From IMG/VR virus record IMGVR_UViG_3300023240_000010: 64,000 nt of DNA. One strand, 5' to 3'. The DNA comes from a virus. The position numbers and the translations under genes were made by a program. Shown here piece by piece: positions 47,088 to 56,726 of this stretch. Numbering within the stretch: the first letter of the stretch is position 1; each line of letters starts with the position of its first letter. Below the pieces are notes generated by a model. It had not been told where the DNA came from, did not search any database, and saw only the letters and a program-made list of their open reading frames with translations.

Positions 47088-48704
47088 TTAGAATAACCAG
47101 TATTCATTTTCATACTCTATCACAATGTTATCAAGACCAGTTGTCTGTAACACTTTGAATGCTTCATCAAAAGTATTTAGTATTGGCATGCCTTGAACAT
47201 TGAAGGAAGTGTTTATTAGGACTCCATCGAACGCTGTCAGTATGTCATAGATTGCGGCATTGCTCTCCTCCGTCACCACCTGCAGTCTCGCCGTATTGTC
47301 GTAGTGTGTTATAGAGAATAGTTTAGTTTGATACTCTGGCAACACATCCGCGACGAATTGCATACATTCCATGTTATCAAAGTTAGGAGAGTAAAAATAC
47401 TTAGGTGCATCTTCCTTTCTGCATATAGGAGCGAAGGGTCTGAACCACTCTCGAAACTTTACTCTAGCATTGAGCGTGTCCTTCATCTTTGGATTAGATG
47501 CGTCACATAGTATAGAACGATTGCCTAATGCTCTTGGTCCTACTTCCATGTTCCCAATACACATTCCTATTATCTTCTGCTCTTTAAGTAGGGCAGCAAT
47601 ATCAGTAGCATCGACTTTCTTTGCATCATACAGTTTGATGACAGGTTCTAAATATTTGTAGTCGAATATTCTTGGACCAGAATGTGTGACATCATACTTC
47701 TTCGTTGTCTTTAGATGTTCATATAGTATACCAAAACTTAGGCCGCCGTCGTGACAGTTGGGTGGGATGTATATGTTGACATGTGGCAAAGCACGTTTTA
47801 TTGCTTCATTAGCAAGAACATTTAATGCACCACCTCCAGACAATAATAGATTGTTGTCATGTGCTTCAATCTTATCGTGAAACTCTCGCACTATAGTCTC
47901 TACAAGTCCTTCTTCAAATGCTGCCTGAGCAGACCTAGCAAGCATATATGAATCGATGTTCTTTAGTTTCTTTGCGTACTCTGTAGTTTGAATAGCGGGT
48001 GAGATAGTCTTTCGCATCTTAAGTAATGGATTGTTCGAATCGTTCCAAGTTTCATTCTGACGTAATCGATGTTCCCACCACTCTGCTGTCATAGCATTTT
48101 TCATTATATCTGTCCACTTACGATTCAACTCACCGTACGCAGATAGACCCATTAGTTTACCAGGAACGTCAAGTGCATAAGTGTCATGCAGTTCTTTGAC
48201 CGACATGCCCATAGCAGTATAGACTAACGAAAAATTATGAAACTTACTTTCGACAGAGTGTCGATTGATGCCCTCGAAACACGAGTATTTGAATGCTGTA
48301 GTATCACCCCAACCATCATAAGTTATACACGCGGCGTTCTTAAAGGAAGCAGGCGCCTGTCCATACGCGCACCATGCATGAGCGTCATGATGATCTATCG
48401 CAGAGAATATTTCCTTTTCGGTATTAATACAACTGCGATTGATGAATGATAAATCACCGAACTGCGGTTTAAAGATTAGAAGTTCAAAGTCGTTTTCTAT
48501 ACCGTGAACTTCTTTTAGATGATCTAAGCACTTCTGTATATACACCGGATTCATACTGGTGGGTATATCTTTATGTACTTTGGTGTTGTGGTGTTTAATA
48601 CTAGAAACTCGCTCTAATTCATAGATGTAAAACGAGTCAGTATTAGGGTCATATACTGTCAGATTAGTATCATGACCCTCGAATAATGCTATAGTGGGTT
48701 TCAT
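47088..48704 (-). CDS. Carbamoyltransferase, NodU/CmcH family
   Basis: GHD, ELER, HHDAHA, DGWGD, GKLMGLSAYG, GGGALNV, EVGPRALGNRSIL, KFREWFRPFAP and NTSFN motifs. Confidence 0.93.
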   Translation of the reverse strand: MKPTIALFEGHDTNLTVYDPNTDSFYIYELERVSSIKHHNTKVHKDIPTSMNPVYIQKCLDHLKEVHGIENDFELLIFKPQFGDLSFINRSCINTEKEIFSAIDHHDAHAWCAYGQAPASFKNAACITYDGWGDTTAFKYSCFEGINRHSVESKFHNFSLVYTAMGMSVKELHDTYALDVPGKLMGLSAYGELNRKWTDIMKNAMTAEWWEHRLRQNETWNDSNNPLLKMRKTISPAIQTTEYAKKLKNIDSYMLARSAQAAFEEGLVETIVREFHDKIEAHDNNLLLSGGGALNVLANEAIKRALPHVNIYIPPNCHDGGLSFGILYEHLKTTKKYDVTHSGPRIFDYKYLEPVIKLYDAKKVDATDIAALLKEQKIIGMCIGNMEVGPRALGNRSILCDASNPKMKDTLNARVKFREWFRPFAPICRKEDAPKYFYSPNFDNMECMQFVADVLPEYQTKLFSITHYDNTARLQVVTEESNAAIYDILTAFDGVLINTSFNVQGMPILNTFDEAFKVLQTTGLDNIVIEYENEYWLF

Positions 48705-48737
48705 TTAATAGTGTCACCTTGTTGAGGATAACATTAT

Positions 48738-48884
48738 TTAGTCTTCCAGGAAAACCTCTTCCACTTCTGCTTCAGTTCCGCACATAGGACAATAGATCAC
48801 TGCCTCATCGACGTTTAACACATCGACAAAACAGTTACTATCACACACAGGACATTCTGACATAAATTTACGAGTATCTTCCAT
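48738..48884 (-). CDS. Small acidic zinc-ribbon/rubredoxin-like protein (48 aa)
   Basis: MEDTRKFMSECPVCDSNC...YCPMCGTEAEVEEVFLED; not in the ORF track. Confidence 0.72.
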   Translation of the reverse strand: MEDTRKFMSECPVCDSNCFVDVLNVDEAVIYCPMCGTEAEVEEVFLED

Positions 48885-49852
48885 CATGTTGGCACTCCTT
48901 CTGCATCCCATCCCCAATCACCGTCCATACCATTTACAGAGTATTCGGTGACTCGCTTCTCAAAGAAATTATCATGAGATGCTCCATTGAGTACCCAGTC
49001 CAACCAAGGTAATGGATTCTCTTTTACTTTAAACTTAGGTTTCATGCCTAGTTGTAACAAGCGTCTATCAGCAATGTGTCGGATGTATTGCTTAACATCT
49101 TCCTTCGCAAGACCTTCGATCTCGTGGTTGTTGTATGCTAAGTCAATGAACTTATCTTCTAACTTAACAGCATTCTTTGCCATCTCATAAATCTTTGACT
49201 TCAATTCGTCATTGACAATACGTGGATGCTCTTCGCAGAACTCACGGAACAACTTAGCGTTGCCTTGTACGTGTAGAGTCTCATCACGAATAGACCACTC
49301 AACAATAGTACCCATGCCTTTCATCTTACCGAAACGCTGGAAGTTCAATAGCATAACAAACGAAGAGAACAAACTCATACCTTCGTTGAATACTGACTGT
49401 GCTAATACTAATGCAAGACCTGTATGTGTATTGATACTGCCTTCTTTCATGAAGTCTAGTTTCTCTGCCATCGCTTTGTATTCAAGAAACTTGTGGAAGT
49501 CTTCGTCTGGCAATCCAAGCGTATCATTCAACAGAGCATATGCACGTTGATGTACACCTTCGCGATTAGCAAAAGACGATAGCATGTTACGGATCTCATT
49601 GTTCTTAAACTTAGGGATCAATAACTCATGGTAGTTCTCTCCCACTTGAACATCTGACTGTGTGAAGAGACGTAGAATCTGAGTAACAAACTCCTTCTCT
49701 TCTTCACTTAACTTGGTCTTCCAATCTTGTACGTCTTCGCTTAACTCCGCTTCATCTTCTACCCAATGTATCTCTTCGTGCTTCTTTGTCAAGTCCACTG
49801 CCCACGGGTAGGCAAATGGTTTGTAACTTTTACTGAATTCTAATAATGCCAT
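48884..49852 (-). CDS. nrdB: Ribonucleotide reductase class Ia beta subunit
   Basis: FTQSD, EGVHQRAY, EGMSLFSSF, RDETLH and NFFE motifs. Confidence 0.96.
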   Translation of the reverse strand: MALLEFSKSYKPFAYPWAVDLTKKHEEIHWVEDEAELSEDVQDWKTKLSEEEKEFVTQILRLFTQSDVQVGENYHELLIPKFKNNEIRNMLSSFANREGVHQRAYALLNDTLGLPDEDFHKFLEYKAMAEKLDFMKEGSINTHTGLALVLAQSVFNEGMSLFSSFVMLLNFQRFGKMKGMGTIVEWSIRDETLHVQGNAKLFREFCEEHPRIVNDELKSKIYEMAKNAVKLEDKFIDLAYNNHEIEGLAKEDVKQYIRHIADRRLLQLGMKPKFKVKENPLPWLDWVLNGASHDNFFEKRVTEYSVNGMDGDWGWDAEGVPT

Positions 49853-49864
49853 TAATCTACTCTC

Positions 49865-51859
49865 TTATCCGGAACACGCGAGACATTCATCATCGCCGTC
49901 GTTCACTACTTCTTTATCTAGGTATGTCATAAGTGCTTCATACCCACCAATGTATTCTCCACCAATATATATCTGTGGAACTGTTTTAACATCTTTACGA
50001 CCCGTTACTTCTGCCGATGTCTTACCTACCTCAGTTAGATTAACTTCATCATATGGAATACCACGTAGTCTCATTTCTTCTTTTGCCAATTGACAGAATG
50101 GACAATCTGGTTTAGAATATACTACGTTTCGCTTATCACCTTCTAGTGCAACTCTTTCTACTTTCTCTGATACATTCTCTGCACGAGACTTTGCTTCTGT
50201 ACGAAGATAGTACAGTCCTTTCAGTCCTAGTTTCCATGCATTGATATGCACTTTATTTACATACGACTTAGAAGAACCTGCTGGAAAGAATAGATTAACA
50301 CTCTGACCCTGACAGATATACTTCTGACGTTCACCTGCGTGTTGGACTACCCAGTTCTGATCTAACTCTTGCGCAGTCTTGAAGATTGCTTTCTCGCCTT
50401 CAGTCATAAACGGTAAGTGTTGAACAGAACCTTTGTTGGTGATGATACTTGTCCAGTTCGACTCGTTATCTTCGCCCTTATCAATCAGTAGTTGAATCAA
50501 GTATGGATTCTTAACAAGAAACGATCCAGCACGAGTACGGTGTGTGTATGCGTTTGCTTTACTCGGTTCAATAGAAGGACTAGTACTTAGTATTACTCCA
50601 CTTGAAGCGTTGGGTGCCACTGCCATGAGATGACTGTTTCTCCGTCCACTTCCCTTACCATCCAGATATTCACCGCGTTCTTGTGCCAAGAGTTCAGTTT
50701 CCAGAATAGCGTGGGTATTGATGTTTTTAAACACAGCATCGTTAATGTCCCGCGCTGCCTGGGACTCCCATGCAACTCCATGTCGTTGCAATAAACTGTG
50801 GAATCCCATCGCTCCCAGTCCGAGCGACCTTTCTCTTTCGGCGCTATACTTAGCACGTTCAATTGTGTCTGGTGCGTTGTTGATAAAGTACTGCAAGACG
50901 TTATCAAGCATACGGATAAGATCGCGAACAATCGTGGTGTCTTTCCATTCATCATAGTATTCCAAATTTAATGATGACAGACAGCATACTGCGGTACGTT
51001 CTGCACTAGTTGGTAAATGTATTTCGTTACACAGATTCGAACCATTGATCTTCAGACCTAAGTCTTTAAGTGGTTGAGGCAAATCTCTATTAGCAGTATC
51101 AATAAAGTTTAAGTAAGGTTCGCCTGTTCTGAAACGTGTTTCAATAATACGTTCCCATAACTTACGTGCGTTGATAGATTCTTTGACAGCACCATCTTTT
51201 GGATCTTTAAGATCGTATGAGGTGTTGTTTGTTACTGCGACCATAAATTCATCGTCGATGTTGATAGCATTATGCAAGTTAAGTGCTTTACGCTGTACGT
51301 CACCCGTAGGCACACGCATATTAAGAAACTCGATAATGTCAGGGTGACTTACGTTCATATATGCCGCATAAGAACCCTTGCGAGTCTTACCTTGACGATA
51401 TGCGATCATGTCAGCATCTACTGTGTGTAGAAAGGGCATAGGACCAGGCGCTACATCAGATACAGTTCGAACATCGCTCCAATGACCGCCAACTCCACCA
51501 CCATAAACAGACAACCAACGTAACTCAGAAGTATGACTAATCAAACCTTCTAATGTATCTGGAACATAAGTTAGAAAGCAAGAGATAGGCATTCCTTTAT
51601 CCGCTTTCTTACCAGGTGCATTAGATAGTACCGGACTAGCAAACATAAACCACTTCTTAGAGCAATAGTCGTATAGACGTTGCGCTAACTCTCCGTCCCA
51701 CTCTCCTTCATAAGACGACCAAGCAGTCGCCGCTCTTGCATATGCTTCCTGTGGTGAAGATTCATCATCATTCAAGTAGAAGTCTTTCAACATGCCTACC
51801 GCATAATCTTTTAGTAGTGCATCTCGCTTCTTATCAATTTTTACAGGCATTAAGTCCAC
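49865..51859 (-). CDS. nrdA: Ribonucleotide reductase class Ia alpha subunit with an inserted glutaredoxin domain
   Basis: SNLCNEI, APNASS and LYYLR, then VYSKPDCPFC...TVPQIYIGGEYIGGY, and a terminal CLACSG. Confidence 0.95.
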   Translation of the reverse strand: MDLMPVKIDKKRDALLKDYAVGMLKDFYLNDDESSPQEAYARAATAWSSYEGEWDGELAQRLYDYCSKKWFMFASPVLSNAPGKKADKGMPISCFLTYVPDTLEGLISHTSELRWLSVYGGGVGGHWSDVRTVSDVAPGPMPFLHTVDADMIAYRQGKTRKGSYAAYMNVSHPDIIEFLNMRVPTGDVQRKALNLHNAINIDDEFMVAVTNNTSYDLKDPKDGAVKESINARKLWERIIETRFRTGEPYLNFIDTANRDLPQPLKDLGLKINGSNLCNEIHLPTSAERTAVCCLSSLNLEYYDEWKDTTIVRDLIRMLDNVLQYFINNAPDTIERAKYSAERERSLGLGAMGFHSLLQRHGVAWESQAARDINDAVFKNINTHAILETELLAQERGEYLDGKGSGRRNSHLMAVAPNASSGVILSTSPSIEPSKANAYTHRTRAGSFLVKNPYLIQLLIDKGEDNESNWTSIITNKGSVQHLPFMTEGEKAIFKTAQELDQNWVVQHAGERQKYICQGQSVNLFFPAGSSKSYVNKVHINAWKLGLKGLYYLRTEAKSRAENVSEKVERVALEGDKRNVVYSKPDCPFCQLAKEEMRLRGIPYDEVNLTEVGKTSAEVTGRKDVKTVPQIYIGGEYIGGYEALMTYLDKEVVNDGDDECLACSG

Positions 51860-51895
51860 TCATTTTATTTTTGGGTCAGTCGTTTATATAGTGCT

Positions 51896-51924
51896 ATTAT
51901 ACACTACATTGGTGAGGAGGTCAA
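51896..51924 (-). promoter_or_regulatory. sigma70 promoter TTGACC-N17-TATAAT for nrdA
   Basis: Read directly from the sequence. Confidence 0.85.
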
Positions 51925-51939
51925 TCTATTTTGAAAAGT

Positions 51940-52116
51940 TTATTTAACTAGTTTCTTTCGCTTGCCCATTACTTCTATATAAGAACGGGTTAGAGGTCTA
52001 CGCTTTTTCTTCTTACCGTATGTCCAGTCAGCAGGATCACCAGGACTTGTTCCTGCGATACTTGGACCTGTTGATACTGTAGGTTCTTCTACCATAAACT
52101 CTTTAAATGATTTCAT
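51940..52116 (-). CDS. Small basic protein (58 aa) with CTS-like leader
   Basis: MKSFKEFMVEEPTVSTGPSIAG...KKKKRRPLTRSYIEVMGKRKKLVK; ATGA overlap; not in the ORF track. Confidence 0.75.
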   Translation of the reverse strand: MKSFKEFMVEEPTVSTGPSIAGTSPGDPADWTYGKKKKRRPLTRSYIEVMGKRKKLVK

Positions 52117-52700
52117 TTGTAGATTTCTCCTAGTGTGATATACACCATCTTATTAGTCGTTAGGTGTATTGCTTCATACACGTTCATGCCGAACACATCA
52201 CCGACTGGAAATGATTCGTCAAGTATACGAATTTGATCTTTAGCACGAACTGCATCTTCGAGTCCTTCGCCAAGAAGTTTATCACCCTTTACACGATATA
52301 TTCCTGGTGATAATTGATTGTTCTCAAGTACGTACCAAGCATGGTCTTCTGCTATCATATCAAGTGGATCAATGCCCGCTTCGACACATATTCTTGTTAG
52401 ATTCTTCTCGCCGACACTATAATGTTCTTTGAGTAGAAAGAGTGCTGCCGCATAAGAACCAACAGTGGTCTTGCCGCCAGGTAATTTACCTAATGCTCTT
52501 TTGATATTAAACACGAGACGAACAAAAGGTCCCAACGCAGTTTTCTTGTCAGGTGTATCAGTCTTCTCGCTCTTGATTCGCTTTCCATCTTCGTCGATTA
52601 GACCTAATTTGAACGCATCAGTCTCATCCCAAGGTGTAGTCAACATCTTCAAGAATCTAAACGTATAGAGCAGATCGCCCGCCTTACTTGCTAAACTCAT
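52113..52700 (-). CDS. Conserved T4-like protein (gp30.3-like N-terminus)
   Basis: YTFRFLKMLTTPWDETDAFKLGLIDEDGK...RLVFNIKR. Confidence 0.65.
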   Translation of the reverse strand: MSLASKAGDLLYTFRFLKMLTTPWDETDAFKLGLIDEDGKRIKSEKTDTPDKKTALGPFVRLVFNIKRALGKLPGGKTTVGSYAAALFLLKEHYSVGEKNLTRICVEAGIDPLDMIAEDHAWYVLENNQLSPGIYRVKGDKLLGEGLEDAVRAKDQIRILDESFPVGDVFGMNVYEAIHLTTNKMVYITLGEIYK

Positions 52701-53065
52701 ATCTTTCTCAACTCTTCGATAACACGCGCATCCATTTCAATGCCCGTATATGTTTCGTTTGTTATTACTCTTAGATATACAAGGAATGGTTTGATTGATG
52801 TCCAGTGGCGGTCATCTAACTTGTACTCTAGCATCTTTAAACCTGGTTCATTACCAAACACATTGAATACAACAATGAGATGATTTAATATCAAGTTCAC
52901 TGACAGTTTACCGCCGTCAAGATGTCTGTTCAATAGACGCTTGATATACTTAAATCGCTTTATATCTTCATAGAACTCCTCAGCATCGATACAAGTAGGA
53001 TTGTAGTAATTCTTTGCTGAGAAGATCATGAACGTAGATTCATCTATTGTTTCAAAAAGTTTCAT
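52697..53065 (-). CDS. Conserved T4-like hypothetical protein
   Basis: YYNPTC...EFYEDIKRFKYIKRLL...LILNHLIVVFNVFG. Confidence 0.78.
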   Translation of the reverse strand: MKLFETIDESTFMIFSAKNYYNPTCIDAEEFYEDIKRFKYIKRLLNRHLDGGKLSVNLILNHLIVVFNVFGNEPGLKMLEYKLDDRHWTSIKPFLVYLRVITNETYTGIEMDARVIEELRKI

Positions 53066-53103
53066 ATTTTCTATAGTCTATATGTTGTGTAGTATATAGA
53101 CTT

Positions 53104-53409
53104 CTATTTCTTCATCGCTTGTGTGCCAAAGAAAGCGCCAACAATTAATGATACAGATACAAAGTAAGTAGGCGCCATATCACCTAAAGTATTCGCCGCT
53201 GTTTCCATACCTATTACTGAAGCAAGTACGACAGCAAATGGATATAGCAACATACCGAACAATGCGAACCACGCCATCTTACGTTGCGCATCTCGCATTG
53301 CATCAGCATCATCGAGTTCTTTACGTTTAAACTCTAAATGCATTGCCTCTTCTTCTTTAGAGACTTTACCGTCTCCATTAGTATCAGCAGGATGCATAAT
53401 ATCAGACAT
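53104..53409 (-). CDS. Small 2-TM membrane protein with an EF-hand-like loop (holin-like?)
   Basis: DTNGDGKVSKEE plus two hydrophobic segments. Confidence 0.65.
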   Translation of the reverse strand: MSDIMHPADTNGDGKVSKEEEAMHLEFKRKELDDADAMRDAQRKMAWFALFGMLLYPFAVVLASVIGMETAANTLGDMAPTYFVSVSLIVGAFFGTQAMKK

Positions 53410-53410
53410 A

Positions 53411-53668
53411 TTAGTCTTCTAACTCTTCGGTGATACCCGAAGACAAATCAATGTCATAATGCAATGAAGTGACTTCTAGTTCCACATCAGTCATGGAATT
53501 CAATGAAGTCTGGTGAACAGGCGCTTCATTCAATTGAGTTGCTGTGCTTTCGCCATAGAACTCAGAGATTTGCTGAGAAGTAATACGTTGACTCTTTAGC
53601 AATTCGCCTTTTGGTGAAACCCAACCGTTCGGTGTTGGGATAGCATTCTTAGGTCCTCTAATAGGCAT
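53411..53668 (-). CDS. Hypothetical protein
   Basis: 85-aa ORF within the operon. Confidence 0.65.
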   Translation of the reverse strand: MPIRGPKNAIPTPNGWVSPKGELLKSQRITSQQISEFYGESTATQLNEAPVHQTSLNSMTDVELEVTSLHYDIDLSSGITEELED

Positions 53669-53672
53669 AATC

Positions 53673-54536
53673 TTATTCCTTACCAGTAGTTTTAGTTACA
53701 GCACCCTTAACAGGATTAACAATGTTCTTATCACCTATACGAGGTTCGTTGCCACGAGTACCAGACTGTGACTTAACTGCACGTCCTGCTTTAGTCGCAT
53801 CTTCGTGTCCAGCAGAATCGTCTGCCGCTAACTTAGGATCATCTTTGTCGTGCTTGTCCGCAAAGTCTTTCTCGCCTTTTGACTGAGTTTCGCCATGCTT
53901 CTCACCACCACCGGCAACTTGAGTCGCTTTCTTTGCTAGTTTAGTGGCGGCAACAGTCTCGAGGAATGTCAGAGTTGCTTCGCTCATACCCATTTCAACG
54001 CCATGTTCAAACATAACATCTACGCCTTCATCAGTACGTTGCAGAATTTCACCATAACCGTGGTCAGCATGAGTAACAGTATTAGACTCTTTAACTTCTT
54101 CGTAAAAATCATCTGCCATTTCTTTTCCATACTTCTTAATGAAGTCTTTCTTAGACATCTTTTCAGAATCTTTAACCATTTGGTCTTTCACTTTGCCTTC
54201 TTCTACTTCTTTTTTACCCGTGTCTGCTTTAGGACAATCGGGTTCGTGATTTTCCATAGAACCTTCGCAATCAGGACAAGGAGTCATTTTTTCCTCACCG
54301 CAAGATTCCTTAGCAGGTTTCTTACCGCCATCAATCTTATCATCGATTGCTTTGCGTCTCTTATGCAGAAACTCATCAGATGAATCAACATCGCCGTCGT
54401 TGTCAATGTCTTTATCTTTACGATCAACGAACTTCTTATCGTTCGCTTTATCATCTACGGGATCTAATTTCTTCTTTTCGCCTTCTTGTACGTCTTGCCA
54501 TAGTTGGGCGATATTTTTAATGTACTCGGGGTTCAT
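53673..54536 (-). CDS. Charged modular protein, probable internal head protein
   Basis: D/E/K-rich; DIDNDGDVDSSD loop; CPDC...H...C; HxxYGxG SH3-like segment. Confidence 0.65.
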   Translation of the reverse strand: MNPEYIKNIAQLWQDVQEGEKKKLDPVDDKANDKKFVDRKDKDIDNDGDVDSSDEFLHKRRKAIDDKIDGGKKPAKESCGEEKMTPCPDCEGSMENHEPDCPKADTGKKEVEEGKVKDQMVKDSEKMSKKDFIKKYGKEMADDFYEEVKESNTVTHADHGYGEILQRTDEGVDVMFEHGVEMGMSEATLTFLETVAATKLAKKATQVAGGGEKHGETQSKGEKDFADKHDKDDPKLAADDSAGHEDATKAGRAVKSQSGTRGNEPRIGDKNIVNPVKGAVTKTTGKE

Positions 54537-54554
54537 TGTGTTCTCCAGTTGCGT

Positions 54555-54854
54555 TTATTGGCCGATTACTATCTGCCCAGTTAGTAGTGCTAAAAAAATT
54601 GTTGCTATCAGACCGCCTGCCGCGAGACCAACCATCTGTATGTTGTTTACTTTTTCCATCAACGTGGTGACCTTAATATCTATGTCATCTAATTTCTTTG
54701 AGTGCAGATTCATACGTTCGTGTTGCTCCGCTCTTCGATTCTCCAAGTCCGATACTTTCTCCTGCACTCTTGCGAGTGAGATGATTGCTTCGGACATTTG
54801 GTCAATCTTGTCCTCTATTCTGCCTAGTCGATCTGCGTTTGTCATATTTCCCAT
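54555..54854 (-). CDS. Coiled-coil protein with C-terminal TM helix
   Basis: RLGRIEDKIDQM heptads and a hydrophobic C-terminus. Confidence 0.7.
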   Translation of the reverse strand: MGNMTNADRLGRIEDKIDQMSEAIISLARVQEKVSDLENRRAEQHERMNLHSKKLDDIDIKVTTLMEKVNNIQMVGLAAGGLIATIFLALLTGQIVIGQ

Positions 54855-54859
54855 ACAAT

Positions 54860-55636
54860 CTAGTTATCTACTTTCGCAGATGCCCTCCATTGATAGCAAC
54901 TCCAATAACCCGGAGTAGTTTTATCTTTCTTATCAGCACAATTGTGCCGCGCTCTGAAGGACTTTCGTCTTTCGGGATCATCACGTTTGATCTCCATGTT
55001 AGGATCACCAAACGTAACTTTAACTATATTACCTTTCTTATTAGTAACGTATACGCCAAACTTCTTCTTATTACCAGAAGGCAGTCTAAAAGGGTTATTT
55101 AGTGTAACTGATTTACCCTGATATTCTGCTTCTGTGATCTCTAGTTCTTCACATGTACAATCTTCATCAAGGTCTACAGATTCTTTCATTGAACCGAATC
55201 CGGGATCGAATCCAGCAATGCCACTAATATTCGCAGTTGCGGCAAGACGCAGATAACGCAACTTAACACTTTTGCTCTCAAACTCTGCGTGTTCAATCTC
55301 ACCATCAATCGACTTCTGTGCCAGGTTATATAGTAGACCACGTTTAACATCAATCTTAACTAAAGGAAAGATGTCGCCTGCCATACTATTACGAGTAGCA
55401 TAACGGAATACTGTTTGACCAGTCTTGACCTTTGCTTCCTTACCGACATACTTCTTGTCGCCAGCATCCAGACCGAACAGTACAATACCTTCTACCCTAC
55501 CGTGACCACATACACCGATCACTTTGTGACCTTTCTTGGTTCCGTAAGCGACTACCTTATCCTCACCCCAGTTACTAGGTGACTTATCCAAGAATTGCTG
55601 ATATGCTTCTGCTATAAATGATTTAAATTTTTTCAC
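54860..55636 (-). CDS. Two-module protein with CTS-like leader
   Basis: MKKFKSFIAE; C-terminal conserved module KKFGVYV...VTFGDP...RRKSFRARHNC...YWSC. Confidence 0.78.
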   Translation of the reverse strand: MKKFKSFIAEAYQQFLDKSPSNWGEDKVVAYGTKKGHKVIGVCGHGRVEGIVLFGLDAGDKKYVGKEAKVKTGQTVFRYATRNSMAGDIFPLVKIDVKRGLLYNLAQKSIDGEIEHAEFESKSVKLRYLRLAATANISGIAGFDPGFGSMKESVDLDEDCTCEELEITEAEYQGKSVTLNNPFRLPSGNKKKFGVYVTNKKGNIVKVTFGDPNMEIKRDDPERRKSFRARHNCADKKDKTTPGYWSCYQWRASAKVDN

Positions 55637-56712
55637 GACTTGTTCATTGTCTCGCGGAACTTAAAGAAATCTTTCTTCTCTTCGACAGACTCCCTCTCTC
55701 CCATTCGCTTACCTTGGGTAGCACTAGTGTTAGTGGGAAACTTATCTTTAGCAACACTAAACGAACTTGCTGGTGCCGCTTTAAGGGCAGGATCGCCCCA
55801 CAGTTTTATTGCTTTGTTAATTGCTTCGAATGCAGAACGTGCTTTAACCGACTGTGATGCGCCTTTCTTTAACTTATTGACTGGTTTTGTAACTGTAACT
55901 TTCCAATCTTGTACTGCTTCTTCAATAGTTGACTCTAGGAACTCCGATATTGGAGTATCGAAGTGTAAATCAACCGACTCACGCTTTGACTTCTGATGCG
56001 CCTTGTATTCTTTGCGTCTCTCTGCATCTGCTTTCTTCTCGGCAGGAGTCATCTGTGATACTGGTTTCTTGACCTCGTCAACAGATTCTTTCTTATTAGC
56101 ATTCTTCATCATATCTCTAAGACGCTTTAACTTGTCCATCTCACCAGGTTTCATTGCTGCCTGTTGGCGTCTTCGAGCAATTGCGGACATCGACTTACCA
56201 TATTCCTTTGTTGACTCTGAAGATATATCTTCTTTGGGTACACAGTTAGGCACTTCTTTACCATTCTTCTTCTTAGTGCCAACCATCTCGTAATCTTTCC
56301 AACAGGGATCATCTTTCATTTTTTTTGCTTCCGTAGTAATTACTTTACTTGTGGTCTTGAAATCTTTTTTACGCATAATAGTCTTAGTTATAACCTCGAA
56401 CTCTTCTTTGTTCTTATTATAACTTATAACCACAGGTAAGTTCAAGTCTTTTTGAATATCTTTTATGACTGCTTCGCTATCAGGATTCTGTCGAATATCC
56501 TTTGCTTTCTTCTTAGCAATCTTCTTAAATATCTGCTGTAACTCCGCAACACTAACTGCGGGTCTGTTTCGAGCATCATTCATACGATCCGCAAAATGTC
56601 GAGTAAATTCAATGTCTACATTAAACTTGGCGAGAATACGATCCGCAAACTTCTCAACATCATTAAGTTGCTTTTGTGTTACTTCTTCTGATATCACATT
56701 AAATGTCTTCAT
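55633..56712 (-). CDS. Multi-module protein with CTS-like leader; first module possibly BECR/RelE-like
   Basis: MKTFNVISEE; IEFTRHFADRMND...TIMRK; CWKDYEMVGTKKKNGKEVPNCV. Confidence 0.75.
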   Translation of the reverse strand: MKTFNVISEEVTQKQLNDVEKFADRILAKFNVDIEFTRHFADRMNDARNRPAVSVAELQQIFKKIAKKKAKDIRQNPDSEAVIKDIQKDLNLPVVISYNKNKEEFEVITKTIMRKKDFKTTSKVITTEAKKMKDDPCWKDYEMVGTKKKNGKEVPNCVPKEDISSESTKEYGKSMSAIARRRQQAAMKPGEMDKLKRLRDMMKNANKKESVDEVKKPVSQMTPAEKKADAERRKEYKAHQKSKRESVDLHFDTPISEFLESTIEEAVQDWKVTVTKPVNKLKKGASQSVKARSAFEAINKAIKLWGDPALKAAPASSFSVAKDKFPTNTSATQGKRMGERESVEEKKDFFKFRETMNKS

Positions 56713-56718
56713 AGAATC

Positions 56719-56726
56719 TATTTATA
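56719..56726 (-). promoter_or_regulatory. T4-type late promoter TATAAATA
   Basis: Exact consensus just upstream of the ATG at 56712. Confidence 0.7.
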
